Source: an uncultured Methanosarcinales archaeon (lineage in GTDB: Archaea; Nanobdellota; Nanobdellia; Woesearchaeales; CG1-02-33-12). From it: 35,131 bases of DNA. A model generated the notes under the pieces. The model did no database searches and was not told the DNA's origin. It was given only the letters and a program-made list of their open reading frames with translations. Position numbers and translations under genes: made by a program. The stretch is from assembly GCA_964403775.1 (NCBI GenBank), contig CAYOHL010000002.1, positions 1 to 35,131 on the forward strand, written 5' to 3'. Positions 15,934-25,158 of the stretch are shown here, piece by piece; position 1 is the stretch's first letter; every line of letters begins with the position of its first letter.

Positions 15934-16382
15934 TTTTTCCTTGCCATATCATGCTCTTTAATGTATATTTTTATGTGTTTCCTGCTTCTGAAAAAACCGC
16001 CGTTTATTTTTGAATAAAGCATCTGGTGTGATTTTGGGGTTATTAGTTTCTTGTCTTTCAGCTCTTTGATAAAATGCCTCTGAACCCTTACTTTTATTAT
16101 CCATGCCTGCTTTCTTGGCAGTCTTGCACCATGTTTTCCCTGTCTTGAGCCAGGGCCTTTCCTCCTTCCCTTTGACTTCTGTTTTTTTATCTTGTTTGCC
16201 CTTGCCCTTGAAACCCCCCTGGACTGTTTCTTTTGAATTGCCTTGTCTTTAATCAGGCCTCCAATGTCCTTTTTTGTTATTGATTCCTTTATCTCATCAA
16301 GCCTCTCAGTGTCAAAAACAATTCTTTTCCTGCTGCATTTCAATAAATCAGCAGCAAGCCTCTTCTGGGTTTTGAGCTCCAT
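15930..16382 (-). CDS. rpl19e: ribosomal protein eL19
   Basis: LKTQKRLAADLLKCSRKRIVFD...KGRRKGPGSRQGK. Confidence 0.92.
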   Translation of the reverse strand: MELKTQKRLAADLLKCSRKRIVFDTERLDEIKESITKKDIGGLIKDKAIQKKQSRGVSRARANKIKKQKSKGRRKGPGSRQGKHGARLPRKQAWIIKVRVQRHFIKELKDKKLITPKSHQMLYSKINGGFFRSRKHIKIYIKEHDMARKK

Positions 16383-16384
16383 TT

Positions 16385-16939
16385 TTATTCAGTCTTTTTT
16401 GTCAGCAGCTTATCTTTCTCTCTTTTCTCATCTTCTTTCTTTTCTTCATCTGTCTTCTCAACCTTTTCCTCTATTGTCTTCTTCTTAGGCGCTTTTTCTC
16501 TTTCTTTTTTCCTGACTTCTTTCTCTTTTTTGAGTTTTTCTTTTTCCTCTTTGCTTTTCTTGATTTTTTCCTCAACATCCTTCAGGAATTTATCAATATC
16601 CTTAATATTAACAACATTAATGCTTTTTTTTATTGCCTGTTTCAAAATCTCAATTCTTTTCTTAAGGCCAACTGTTTTTGCAACAGCAATGCATTCATTT
16701 TTAGCGTCAATCTTTTCAATATCCCTCAATGACTTCACAATTGTTAGTTTCAGTCCAGAGCTATGCATGTTTCTTGTTTTCCTAGGGCTTCCATAGCCAA
16801 TTGAAACAATCTTGTTATAGCCTTTTTTGCTAAGCCTCATCTTTGAGTGCAGACCTTTCGGCCTCCTCCATTTGTTTCCAAGAGATGATTTCTTATGCGC
16901 ATCCTGCCTAATGAATTTTAGCTTTTTCATGATAATCAC
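16385..16939 (-). CDS. rpl32e: ribosomal protein eL32 with K/E-rich tail
   Basis: FIRQDAHKKSSLGNKWRRPKGLHSKMR..GYGSPRKTRNMHSSG. Confidence 0.9.
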   Translation of the reverse strand: MIIMKKLKFIRQDAHKKSSLGNKWRRPKGLHSKMRLSKKGYNKIVSIGYGSPRKTRNMHSSGLKLTIVKSLRDIEKIDAKNECIAVAKTVGLKKRIEILKQAIKKSINVVNIKDIDKFLKDVEEKIKKSKEEKEKLKKEKEVRKKEREKAPKKKTIEEKVEKTDEEKKEDEKREKDKLLTKKTE

Positions 16940-17481
16940 TTTATTTCCTTTCCTGCCTTTGAGACAATGTATATGCCATCCTGGAATATTCTTTTGTCCC
17001 TCCCTTTTATCTTTGTAAGCATTTCAATGCTTGCTGCTGTCTGTGCAGTCAGCTCTTTGTCAATCCCCTCGACATATACATCCTTGCCGTCTATCTTTAC
17101 CTTGACTGCAGGGCTTATCCTAATTTTTCTGGGGGTCTTTTCCCCAAGAAAATTTTTAATGGTAAAAACCTCCTTATCCATTGATACATTCATTGGGAAA
17201 TGCCCTGGGCATATTCTCAGCTTATAAATAAATGGCTCTGTTACCCCTTTTATCATGTTGTTTATGTGTGCCTTAAAGGTTCCGATTAATTTTCCCTCTC
17301 TTTTTGATGCATTCCTTGAGATTATCTTTGCTGAATCTTTATCTAAATTTATATCAATTTTTGGGCCTGCAAATTTCTTAGTTAGCTCGCCCCTAGGGCC
17401 CTTTACTTTAATCAAATGCCCCTGCTTGGTTATTTCAATCCCCTCCGGGATTTTGATTTCCTGGATGATTTCTTGTTTCAT
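16936..17481 (-). CDS. rpl6: ribosomal protein uL6
   Basis: IKIPEGIEITKQGHLIKVKGPRGELTKKF... The ATG at 17481 lies 2 nt after the rps8 stop. The track start at 17493 is TTG. Confidence 0.9.
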   Translation of the reverse strand: MKQEIIQEIKIPEGIEITKQGHLIKVKGPRGELTKKFAGPKIDINLDKDSAKIISRNASKREGKLIGTFKAHINNMIKGVTEPFIYKLRICPGHFPMNVSMDKEVFTIKNFLGEKTPRKIRISPAVKVKIDGKDVYVEGIDKELTAQTAASIEMLTKIKGRDKRIFQDGIYIVSKAGKEIK

Positions 17482-17483
17482 CT

Positions 17484-17873
17484 TTAGTAACAATATGCTA
17501 GGAGCTTTCCCCCAATATTCTTTTTCTTTGCCTCATCATTTGTCATTATGCCAAGGGGTGTTGATACAATCAGGATTCCAAAGTTCTTTGCAGGCAAGAA
17601 CCTCTTTTCAAATTTTTCATAGCCATCTTCTTTTACTGAAAATCTTGGCTTTATAACGCCACACTTGTTTATTTTGTTCAATAAGTTAATGCTTAATATA
17701 TTGCCCTTTGAATCCTCTATTTCCTTTAGTTCCCCAACATAATAGTTGTCCTTCATTATCTTAAGCACCTCCTTGATTATTTTTGATGAGGGCTTAATCA
17801 GGCATTCCTTTGTTCTTGCATTCTCCTTGCTCAGGATAGTTGATAATGCATTTGCCAATGGGTCATTTAACAT
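17484..17873 (-). CDS. rps8: ribosomal protein uS8
   Basis: MLNDPLANALSTILSKENARTKECLIKPSSK...GILIVSTPLGIMT. Confidence 0.93.
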   Translation of the reverse strand: MLNDPLANALSTILSKENARTKECLIKPSSKIIKEVLKIMKDNYYVGELKEIEDSKGNILSINLLNKINKCGVIKPRFSVKEDGYEKFEKRFLPAKNFGILIVSTPLGIMTNDEAKKKNIGGKLLAYCY

Positions 17874-17883
17874 TTTTGCACCT

Positions 17884-18114
17884 TTAGCTGTATTTTTTAA
17901 ATCCTATTTTCGTTGATATCTCTCTAAAACATTGCCTGCATAAATTTAAGCCGTATTTTCCTATATGGCCGCCTGCCCTTCCGCACCTTTCACAGCGATT
18001 CCTGCTTACTCCGCAGACTCTCTCTTTAGGAGAGCTGTGCTTTAGGAAGCGCTTTAGCTTTACAGGCTTGGCCTGCAGCTGCTTGAACACTTTTTTATAG
18101 TTGCTTACAGTCAT
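17884..18114 (-). CDS. rps14: ribosomal protein uS14 (zinc-ribbon type)
   Basis: [36 protein letters not shown]. The N-terminus is longer than usual, so the start is uncertain. Confidence 0.88.
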   Translation of the reverse strand: MTVSNYKKVFKQLQAKPVKLKRFLKHSSPKERVCGVSRNRCERCGRAGGHIGKYGLNLCRQCFREISTKIGFKKYS

Positions 18115-18627
18115 TTATTCTGCCTCTAATTCTATATTAAACTCTTTTTTCATGAAGTCAATTGACTCCTGCTTTGTTATCATATGTTTTTTTGGAATCA
18201 TTTTTTTGGCAATCCTCCTTCTCTTTATTCTAAAGCCGTTTCTTTCAAGAGTCACACAGACCTCTAATCCAATAATGCCTATTTCAGGGTCATACTTGAC
18301 TCCTGGAATATCAATATACTCTTCTATGCCAAATGCAATATTTCCGTTTTGGTCAAACTGGCTCTCTTTTAGCTTGTTGTCTTTTGCCTGCAGGAGCCTG
18401 TTTAAGATTTCTATTGCATTTTTTCTCCTTAAAGTAACCTTGCAGCCAATAGGAAGGCCTGGCCTCAAGCCCCACCCAGGAATTCTTTTTGATGTGACTG
18501 TTTTAACAGGATTTACATTTGTTATGCTCTTAAATAATTTTATGCCCTTATCTAGCTTGGTCTGGTCTTTTCCAGCACCTATGTTAAGTGTTACCTTGCT
18601 TATTTTTATGTCTCTTGACGGGTTCAT
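18115..18627 (-). CDS. rpl5: ribosomal protein uL5
   Basis: KISKVTLNIGAGKDQ..FGIEEYIDIPGVKYDPEIGIIGLEVCVTL. Confidence 0.93.
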   Translation of the reverse strand: MNPSRDIKISKVTLNIGAGKDQTKLDKGIKLFKSITNVNPVKTVTSKRIPGWGLRPGLPIGCKVTLRRKNAIEILNRLLQAKDNKLKESQFDQNGNIAFGIEEYIDIPGVKYDPEIGIIGLEVCVTLERNGFRIKRRRIAKKMIPKKHMITKQESIDFMKKEFNIELEAE

Positions 18628-18639
18628 TCTTAAAACCTT

Positions 18640-19332
18640 TTAGCTCAAGCTGATAACCGGCTTTTCCCTGCCTATAACAAAGGCAAATTTTTTTGATGTT
18701 TCAAAGCTTTCCCCTGATTCAGGTTTTAGCTTGATTATGCTGTTTTTTATCTCATCAATAACCCCTGATTCGCCCTTGTGCTTTCCCCCTGATAAATAAA
18801 CAAATGAGCCTTTTTCAAATTTCAGATGCTCTTTTATCTTCTGCTCAGGCACCTGGATTGCCAATGTATCCCCTGTCTTGTAATTGTTTTTGTCAATAAT
18901 AATATTCCTGCCATCATTTAGGTTAAGCTGAATCTTTCCTTTTTTAATAACAGTTTTTCCAACAATCTTGCAAAGCTTGATTTTTGCTTCATCTGGTTTT
19001 AGCTTGACAAGGGAAACATTGCCTTTTTTGTTTAACAAGACCCTGAAGCACTCCTTTGTTTTTGGTATATCTATTAAGTCCATAACACCAACTGGAAACC
19101 TATGGTCTTTTCTTTGTTTTCCATCCACCAGAATATCCCCTTTAGAGAGTATAACCTTAACATCTCTTGTTGTTTTTGCATAGTTTAGCATATCCCTTAA
19201 GACAAGGTTTAATGGAATGCTGTTTTTTTTGCTGTGCATGCCTGGCTTTGGTCTTGTAGCAAAGGTTATTCCTTTTCTCTTTATTTTCCATGATTTTGGT
19301 GCTGCTAATCTCTTTAAATGCCTTTTAGCCAT
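18640..19332 (-). CDS. rps4e: ribosomal protein eS4
   Basis: KRHLKRLAAPKSWKIKRKGITFATRPKPGMHS... Confidence 0.93.
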   Translation of the reverse strand: MAKRHLKRLAAPKSWKIKRKGITFATRPKPGMHSKKNSIPLNLVLRDMLNYAKTTRDVKVILSKGDILVDGKQRKDHRFPVGVMDLIDIPKTKECFRVLLNKKGNVSLVKLKPDEAKIKLCKIVGKTVIKKGKIQLNLNDGRNIIIDKNNYKTGDTLAIQVPEQKIKEHLKFEKGSFVYLSGGKHKGESGVIDEIKNSIIKLKPESGESFETSKKFAFVIGREKPVISLS

Positions 19333-19759
19333 TTTGAATCACTTTTTCTTCCTGCTTTTTGGTTTTTTTATAAGCTTCTTTTGACTTGTTTAATATTGCC
19401 ACCCTTTTTTTATCGTCTAAATTAATTTCAGTTACAACAAGATTTGAAGGGTGTACTGGATAAAATACCTTTGTTCCGTCCTTTTTTATCATTTCAACTC
19501 CAGATACATAAACTTTTGATTTTTTCAGGTCAACCCTTTCCACATTCCCTTTTTTTTTCTTGAACTGGCCCCTCAATACAATTATCTTGTCGCCCTTCCT
19601 TGGCCTAATGCTCCTTCTGTTGTATTTTTTCATTAAATCCTTTGAAAGGTGGGCAGACATGAACTTGCCTTTTATATGCAGAGGGGCATTATGGCTGTAT
19701 TTGCGCTGCTTCCTTGGCTGCTTGCTTTTTATCCAACTTCTTGAAAATTTTTTTTTCAT
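19325..19759 (-). CDS. rpl24: ribosomal protein uL24
   Basis: SIRPRKGDKIIVLRGQFKKKKGNVERVDLKKSKVYVSG (KOW). Starting at the internal ATG 19759 avoids a 40-nt overlap with rpl14. Confidence 0.9.
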   Translation of the reverse strand: MKKKFSRSWIKSKQPRKQRKYSHNAPLHIKGKFMSAHLSKDLMKKYNRRSIRPRKGDKIIVLRGQFKKKKGNVERVDLKKSKVYVSGVEMIKKDGTKVFYPVHPSNLVVTEINLDDKKRVAILNKSKEAYKKTKKQEEKVIQNG

Positions 19760-19764
19760 GGTTA

Positions 19765-20166
19765 TCACGCAATAATCCTTGCCAGCTTTGCAATATTGGG
19801 CCATCTCTCGCAGGCCTCTTTTGCTATTGCCCCCTTGAATATCGTTCCTTTTAGATTTCCCTTTTCATCCTTTAAGATTACGGCTGCATTATCCTCAAAC
19901 TTTATCCTCATTCCATCAGGCCTCCTGTATTCCTTTTTTTGCCTGACAATAACAGCCATTACAACCTGTTTGACCATATCAGGGTTTCCTCTCCTTACAG
20001 ATGCCATAACAAAATCACCAACACCTGCACTAGGCATTCTTCCCTTGACAGTCTTGGCTCCTCTTACACTAAATATTCTGATTATTTTGGCTCCTGAATT
20101 ATCACATGTTGGTATTTCAGCTCCAACTGGCAATCCCTTTGTTACTTTTGCTTTTAATGCCTTCAT
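19765..20166 (-). CDS. rpl14: ribosomal protein uL14
   Basis: MKALKAKVTKGLPVGAEIPTCDNSGAKIIRIF.. Confidence 0.94.
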   Translation of the reverse strand: MKALKAKVTKGLPVGAEIPTCDNSGAKIIRIFSVRGAKTVKGRMPSAGVGDFVMASVRRGNPDMVKQVVMAVIVRQKKEYRRPDGMRIKFEDNAAVILKDEKGNLKGTIFKGAIAKEACERWPNIAKLARIIA

Positions 20167-20167
20167 T

Positions 20168-20521
20168 TTATGATACCTTTTCAACTATGACAAAATGCTT
20201 TGTTTTGCTTATTGGCCTGCATTCCTGCACTTTAACAACATCCCCTTCTTTTGCATTAATGCAGTCCGGGTTATGTACTTGTAGTCTTGTTCTTCTTTTT
20301 TCATACCTCTCATATTTGGGTATGTACTGCCTTCTCTCTATTCCAATGGTTGCTGTCCTATGGGATTTAGCACTAACAATTTTCTCACTAAATACCCTAC
20401 CCCTTAGCCTTAAGCTGCCATGAAAAGGGCAATTTTTATCATTGCATTCCTTCTCTGGCTTTGCCAGCATTGGTTTTTTTGGCATGGCTTGTTTTTTCTC
20501 TGTTTTGTTATTCATGAACAT
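20168..20521 (-). CDS. rps17: ribosomal protein uS17
   Basis: CNDKNCPFHGSLRLRGRVFSEKIVSAK..TATIGIERRQYIPKYERYEKR. Confidence 0.92.
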   Translation of the reverse strand: MFMNNKTEKKQAMPKKPMLAKPEKECNDKNCPFHGSLRLRGRVFSEKIVSAKSHRTATIGIERRQYIPKYERYEKRRTRLQVHNPDCINAKEGDVVKVQECRPISKTKHFVIVEKVS

Positions 20522-20788
20522 TCACCCTTGTTTTATTCTCTCTTCTGGCCTTGTTGTTAATGATTTTCCATTGATTTGGATATTTTTTTCCTTAAGCTTG
20601 AATTCAAAAATACACTGGTCTTTGATTATGCTTTTTTTTCCTTTTTTTGTTTCAATTATAAACATATTTTTTGTTTCATCAATTACCTTGCCTTTAAGGC
20701 CTTTGTTAAAGCGGTTTTCTGATTCAATAACCTCTACATCTAGGCCTATTAACTCGCTCCTTGCAAGCATTTTCTTATTAAAGTTCAT
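20522..20788 (-). CDS. rnp1: RNase P protein component 1 (Rpp29/Pop4)
   Basis: ELIGLDVEVIESENRFNKGLKGKVIDETKNMFIIET. Canonical position between SUI1 and rps17. Confidence 0.85.
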   Translation of the reverse strand: MNFNKKMLARSELIGLDVEVIESENRFNKGLKGKVIDETKNMFIIETKKGKKSIIKDQCIFEFKLKEKNIQINGKSLTTRPEERIKQG

Positions 20789-21096
20789 TATCTTACATCA
20801 ATTGTCTCTTGTGAAAAACCCATCTGAACAAGGTTTTCCTTAACCCTTTGTTTGTGATCTCCCTGAAGTTCAATCTTTCCCTCTTTTGCTGTTCCTCCGC
20901 ATGCAAACTTTATTTTCAGCTTTTTTACCAGACCCTTAAGGTCAATCTCTTTTTCATCAATGCCTTCTATCACTGTATACTGCTTGCCAAACTTCTTATT
21001 TATCACATATACTTTTATCAGCTGACTTTCCTTTGCTATTGTCTCACAAACACATAGTTCTTTGGGCAGCCCACATTTAGGACATACTTCACTCAT
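20788..21096 (-). CDS. sui1: translation initiation factor SUI1 (aSUI1/eIF1)
   Basis: [14 protein letters not shown]...[32 protein letters not shown]. Confidence 0.9.
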   Translation of the reverse strand: MSEVCPKCGLPKELCVCETIAKESQLIKVYVINKKFGKQYTVIEGIDEKEIDLKGLVKKLKIKFACGGTAKEGKIELQGDHKQRVKENLVQMGFSQETIDVR

Positions 21097-21302
21097 TGCT
21101 TTTTTTCACCACCTTTGGTTTTTAGGACTGTCAAAATCCTTGCGACAGTTTTTTTTATTACCCTTACCTGCCCCAGGCTCTTTGGATTTGTTCCCGTGGC
21201 AATCTGGGCATTATGCTTGATCATCTCTTTTTTGAGCTCCTCAAGCTTTATCTTTAATTCCTCAGTGCTCATTGATTCAATTTCCTTGATTTTAAGTGCC
21301 AT
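21093..21302 (-). CDS. rpl29: ribosomal protein uL29
   Basis: [23 protein letters not shown]...[14 protein letters not shown]. Confidence 0.9.
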   Translation of the reverse strand: MALKIKEIESMSTEELKIKLEELKKEMIKHNAQIATGTNPKSLGQVRVIKKTVARILTVLKTKGGEKKQ

Positions 21303-21303
21303 C

Positions 21304-22110
21304 TTAATCCTTTTTCTTTAGTTTCTTTTCAGGTTTTTTTAGTAGTTTTTTTGTTTGCCTTTTAACGGCTTTTTCACTCTCTTTTTTTGGTTTAGTTTTC
21401 CTATCTTCTTTTTCCTGTTTCTTTTTCAATTCTTCACTCGGCTTTTCTTTCTCTTTTTCTGCCTCTTCCTTAACAGGTTTTTCTTCCTTAGCTTTTTCTA
21501 TAATTTCCTGTTTTTCTTCCAAAAGCTGTATATTATCTGGCAGCTTTATGTCAGGGGGCATAATGCTTACCTTGATGCCGATAACGCCTGTTTTTATAAG
21601 AGCCTGGACCTTTGCTTTGTTTACCCCATATATTGCAATATCACCGCATTTTTTTAGATAACCTGAACAGACACGCCATGATTTTGCCCTTGCTCCAGGT
21701 ATCTTACCTGATATCACAATCTCAATTCCAAGTGCACCAGCACTCATTACCTCTTCCATTGTCTTATGCATAATGCCCTTAAACCTTGCAGTTCCGAACC
21801 TTTCCAATGATTCTGCAATTTTTCCTGCAACAACCTCTGCATCAAGGTTTATTTTGTCAATCTCGCTTATTTCTATCTGGGGATTTTCAAGCTCAAAATT
21901 ATTTTTTAGGCTTTTTGTAAGCTTTGTTATGTTCTGGCCCTTTCTTCCGACAATCAGCCCTGGGCGAGCTGCATGGATTATTATCTTTTCACCAAGAGGC
22001 GTTCTTTGGAGTTTTGTATGGCTGTAGCCAGAGCCCTTTACATTCCTGGCTATCATTTCCTGGATTTGGTATTCCTTCTTTTTTTGTGCAACAAATTGCC
22101 TTTCAATCAT
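21304..22110 (-). CDS. rps3: ribosomal protein uS3 with K/E-rich tail
   Basis: FVAQKKKEYQIQEMI..KIIIHAARPGLIVGRKGQNI (KH)..ISGKIPGARAKSW. Confidence 0.93.
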   Translation of the reverse strand: MIERQFVAQKKKEYQIQEMIARNVKGSGYSHTKLQRTPLGEKIIIHAARPGLIVGRKGQNITKLTKSLKNNFELENPQIEISEIDKINLDAEVVAGKIAESLERFGTARFKGIMHKTMEEVMSAGALGIEIVISGKIPGARAKSWRVCSGYLKKCGDIAIYGVNKAKVQALIKTGVIGIKVSIMPPDIKLPDNIQLLEEKQEIIEKAKEEKPVKEEAEKEKEKPSEELKKKQEKEDRKTKPKKESEKAVKRQTKKLLKKPEKKLKKKD

Positions 22111-22991
22111 TTTTTATCAGTCTTTTTCTCTTTTATTTTCTTAGTTTCTTTTTTCTCTGCCAATTCAAAAGCAGTTGGCACTTTTTCTTTTTCTGATTTT
22201 TCTTCTTGTTGTATTTTATCTCTAATCTCCTTGACCTTGGCCTCTATTTTTCTGTGCTCTTCTTCTTTAAGCTTGTCTTTTGACTTTTCTTTGACATCTT
22301 CAGCTTTTGGTTTTAATTTTTCCTGCTCTTTTGCTTCAACATCTTTTTTAATTTCCCCTGGTTTTTCAGGCTCTTCTTTGATTTCTTTCTCATGCTTTTC
22401 TTTAGCTTCTTGTTTTGGCTTTTCTTTAATCTCTTTTTCTTCAATTTCCTTTTTAGGCTCTTTTTTCTCTTCCTGTTCTTTGGCTGGTTTTGGTTCTTCT
22501 TTTTTGGCAGGTTCTTTTTTTGGCCCCCCCTTAATCTCTTTCTTTTCCTTCTTTTTGAGTTCTTTTTCCTCAACAACAATCTCAACATTAGTTCTTTTCA
22601 TTGCTATTCTGGTTTGTCTGCCGTAATGCCATGACTTGGGCCCCTTCTTGGCGCATATATGCACTATCTCAAGGCTTGATGCATCTAAGCCCTTGTGCTG
22701 CGCATTTGCCTCAACCAGATTTATTAATTTTAATATTTCCCTGCATGCCTTTACAGGATATTTCCCAGGGCCAATCCCGTGCTTATGGCCAGCCCCTTCT
22801 GTGAATCTTTTGAATGGAACAGGTTTTTTCATACCAATAATTTCATTTAATGTTTCCCTTGCCTTCTCAAGTTTTTTCCCCCTTATGAGATTGCATATTT
22901 CAATGCTTTTCTTTAGTGATATTGGCATTAACAGCCCAGCGGCCCTTGCCCTATGCTCATTTACCCTTGCTGAATATTTGTATTGAGACAT
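22107..22991 (-). CDS. rpl22: ribosomal protein uL22 with ~140-aa K/E-rich C-terminal extension
   Basis: ARAAGLLMPISLKKSIEICNLIRGKKLEKA..KRTNVEIVVEE, followed by a K/E/P low-complexity tail. Confidence 0.92.
   Translation of the reverse strand: MSQYKYSARVNEHRARAAGLLMPISLKKSIEICNLIRGKKLEKARETLNEIIGMKKPVPFKRFTEGAGHKHGIGPGKYPVKACREILKLINLVEANAQHKGLDASSLEIVHICAKKGPKSWHYGRQTRIAMKRTNVEIVVEEKELKKKEKKEIKGGPKKEPAKKEEPKPAKEQEEKKEPKKEIEEKEIKEKPKQEAKEKHEKEIKEEPEKPGEIKKDVEAKEQEKLKPKAEDVKEKSKDKLKEEEHRKIEAKVKEIRDKIQQEEKSEKEKVPTAFELAEKKETKKIKEKKTDKK
22297..22354. repeat. about 58-bp module shared with the rpl15 tail (12286..12344)
   Basis: TCTTCAGCTTTTGGTTTTAATTTTTCCTGCTCTTTTGCTTCAA... See the partner repeat. 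Confidence 0.8.
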
Positions 22992-22995
22992 TTTA

Positions 22996-23376
22996 TTACC
23001 TTACTGAAAGACTTGCACTTGACCTTGTGGCTCCAACACCCGGCGCATGATGTATTACTTTTTTTCTTGTCAGCACAAATTCCCCAAGATAATGGCCAAT
23101 CATCTCAGGCTGTATTAATAAAGGGATAAATTCCTTTCCATTATGGACCCTTATGTTTTTCCCAACCATCTGCGGAATAATTATTGCATCCCTGCATTCG
23201 GTTTTTATGTTATTGCCTTTCATTATCTTATCCATAAATGTTCTCTCTGATTCTGTTGCTTCTCTTTTAAGGCTCCTTCTCTGCCTTGCAGGAGCAAGCT
23301 CTGCAAAATCATTGATGCTCATTTTTTTTAGCTCTTCAAGGGTTTTTCCCCTGTAGCTGAATTCCTTTCTTGCCAT
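22996..23376 (-). CDS. rps19: ribosomal protein uS19
   Basis: [40 protein letters not shown]. Confidence 0.94.
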   Translation of the reverse strand: MARKEFSYRGKTLEELKKMSINDFAELAPARQRRSLKREATESERTFMDKIMKGNNIKTECRDAIIIPQMVGKNIRVHNGKEFIPLLIQPEMIGHYLGEFVLTRKKVIHHAPGVGATRSSASLSVR

Positions 23377-23377
23377 T

Positions 23378-24094
23378 TTACTTCTTCTTCCTTCCCATCC
23401 TTCTTGGATGTATTGCTCCTACTTTTCTTCCTGGAGGAGCATTTTTTGGCGCTATTGTTGGTTTTCCCTTATGTGCTGAGCTTGAGCCGCCAAATGGGTG
23501 GTCAACAGCATTCTGCGATGTTCCGGATATGCTTGGCCACAGCTTGTTTTTTGCCCTCATTGCATAAAATCTTTTTCCAGCCTTTAAAAATGGCTTTTCC
23601 TTTCTTCCGCTGCCTGCAATAATGCCGATTGTTGCCCTGCAGTTTGGATTAAACTCCTTTTGTTTTTTTGAAGGCAGCTGAACAACAACCTTATTTTTTA
23701 TCTTTGCTATAATCCTTGCAAATGCTCCAGATGACCTTACAAACTTTCCTCCATCACCTGGCTGGCCTTCAATATTATAAACCAATGCTCCTTCAGGGAT
23801 ATCCTTAAGCAAGAGCATATTGCCATTTTCTGCAGCTATTTTCTCGCCATATTCAACAACCTGCCCCACTTTTATTCCCTCAGGGGCAATCATTAGGTTT
23901 CTGATTTTATTCTCGTGTTCTAATACAGTTAATGGCGCTGAATGGCCGGCACATTTTATTATATCAATAATTTTTGCATTTAATTTGCCTTTAGAAGCGA
24001 TAAAGTAAGATGCCTTTCCTTTATACCTGAAGCTAGGCGCCCTGTATGTTGGGCCCCCTTTTCCTCTAGCCTGCTGTATAAGATTTTTACCCAC
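23378..24094 (-). CDS. rpl2: ribosomal protein uL2
   Basis: [47 protein letters not shown]. Confidence 0.96.
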   Translation of the reverse strand: MGKNLIQQARGKGGPTYRAPSFRYKGKASYFIASKGKLNAKIIDIIKCAGHSAPLTVLEHENKIRNLMIAPEGIKVGQVVEYGEKIAAENGNMLLLKDIPEGALVYNIEGQPGDGGKFVRSSGAFARIIAKIKNKVVVQLPSKKQKEFNPNCRATIGIIAGSGRKEKPFLKAGKRFYAMRAKNKLWPSISGTSQNAVDHPFGGSSSAHKGKPTIAPKNAPPGRKVGAIHPRRMGRKKK

Positions 24095-24095
24095 T

Positions 24096-24353
24096 TTACA
24101 TCAACCCTAGTTGTGTTGCAATATCAATAGCTGGCGTATCATCACTCAGCTTGACATATGCTTTTTTCTCATTTCCATTTATTGTTAAATTAACTTTTAC
24201 AACCTTTACCTTGAACATCTCTTCAATTGCTTTTTTTACATCCTGCTTTTTTGCATTTCTGCTTACCACAAAAATAAGCTTGTTCTCTGACTCCATAAGC
24301 CTTACAGACTTTTCTGTTGACAATGGGTATTTGATGACTTTGTACGGCTCCAT
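24096..24353 (-). CDS. rpl23: ribosomal protein uL23
   Basis: [41 protein letters not shown]. Confidence 0.93.
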   Translation of the reverse strand: MEPYKVIKYPLSTEKSVRLMESENKLIFVVSRNAKKQDVKKAIEEMFKVKVVKVNLTINGNEKKAYVKLSDDTPAIDIATQLGLM

Positions 24354-24354
24354 T

Positions 24355-25158
24355 TTACATGAATAATTTTTTATCTCCTAATTCTTTTATAGCATCCTGT
24401 GTCCAGATAGCTAACCTGCCGGGATTGGTTGATGGTGCCAACACCTTTGCATTAATTGATTTAACAATTCTCACATTAACCCCTGCTATGTTTTTTGCTG
24501 CCTTTAATAAAGCACAGTCTTTTGAAACAATGATTAATGGGCCTGCTTTGCTTTTGTATTTTCTGCCCCTTTTCTTTCCCTTTCCACTTCTAATGATTCT
24601 TTCATTAACCCTTGAAAGCTCTTTTTCAAGACCTATTTTTTTCAAAACATCTCTTACTTGCTTTGTTTTTTTCAGTGACTCAAACTTTCCTTCAATTATA
24701 AATGGATAGTTATCAGGAACAATATGGTTTTTAGCAACAAGTTCTTTTGATAGTGTTGCTGTAATTGCGCTTCTTATTGCCTTTCTTCTTTCCTTTTTGT
24801 TGATTTTCTTTGTCCAGTCTTTTCCAGCTTTAGGTGGGTGAGCCTTTCTTCCGCCAACTGTTCCAGGTGCAAAGGCCCCAACCCAGTTCATTCTTGTTCC
24901 GCGGCTGCTCATTATTTTCCTTGGAACTCTTGAAATCCCTATGCCATAGGCAGTCTTGTAATCATGCCTTCTTCTTGATAGCTTTGCAGACGCCCTTTTT
25001 CCAGCCATTGGGTCTGCTCCATAGGCCTGCCTTGCATTGCCCTGTATTGAGATAACAGCTCTCTTTATCAGGTCTGGCCTTACCTCTTCCTCAAACTGTA
25101 TAGGCATTTCCTGCTTTCCTATTTCTTCTTTTGATATATTTAATATTGGCAGTTTCAT
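24355..25158 (-). CDS. rpl4: ribosomal protein uL4
   Basis: [21 protein letters not shown]...[25 protein letters not shown]. Confidence 0.94.
   Translation of the reverse strand: MKLPILNISKEEIGKQEMPIQFEEEVRPDLIKRAVISIQGNARQAYGADPMAGKRASAKLSRRRHDYKTAYGIGISRVPRKIMSSRGTRMNWVGAFAPGTVGGRKAHPPKAGKDWTKKINKKERRKAIRSAITATLSKELVAKNHIVPDNYPFIIEGKFESLKKTKQVRDVLKKIGLEKELSRVNERIIRSGKGKKRGRKYKSKAGPLIIVSKDCALLKAAKNIAGVNVRIVKSINAKVLAPSTNPGRLAIWTQDAIKELGDKKLFM

Noticed and set aside
17884-18114. An uS14 about 20 aa longer than typical archaeal S14, considered as a novel N-terminal domain
   Set aside because: This more likely reflects start-codon uncertainty or a simple basic extension. The extension carries no distinctive motif.
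18101-18643. 180-aa plus-strand ORF
   Set aside because: It is entirely antisense to rpl5, whose translation is unmistakable. The ORF is a hydrophobic low-complexity artefact.
21973-22626. 217-aa plus-strand ORF rich in S/F/L, with similar ORFs at 21355..21657, 22392..22634, 12367..12564 and 8472..8678
   Set aside because: These are mirror images of the K/E-rich (AAR/GAR) coding tails of rps3, rpl22, rpl15 and rpl14e. Their antisense strand is TTY/YTC-rich and stop-free by composition. They have no start context and lie fully inside well-supported genes.
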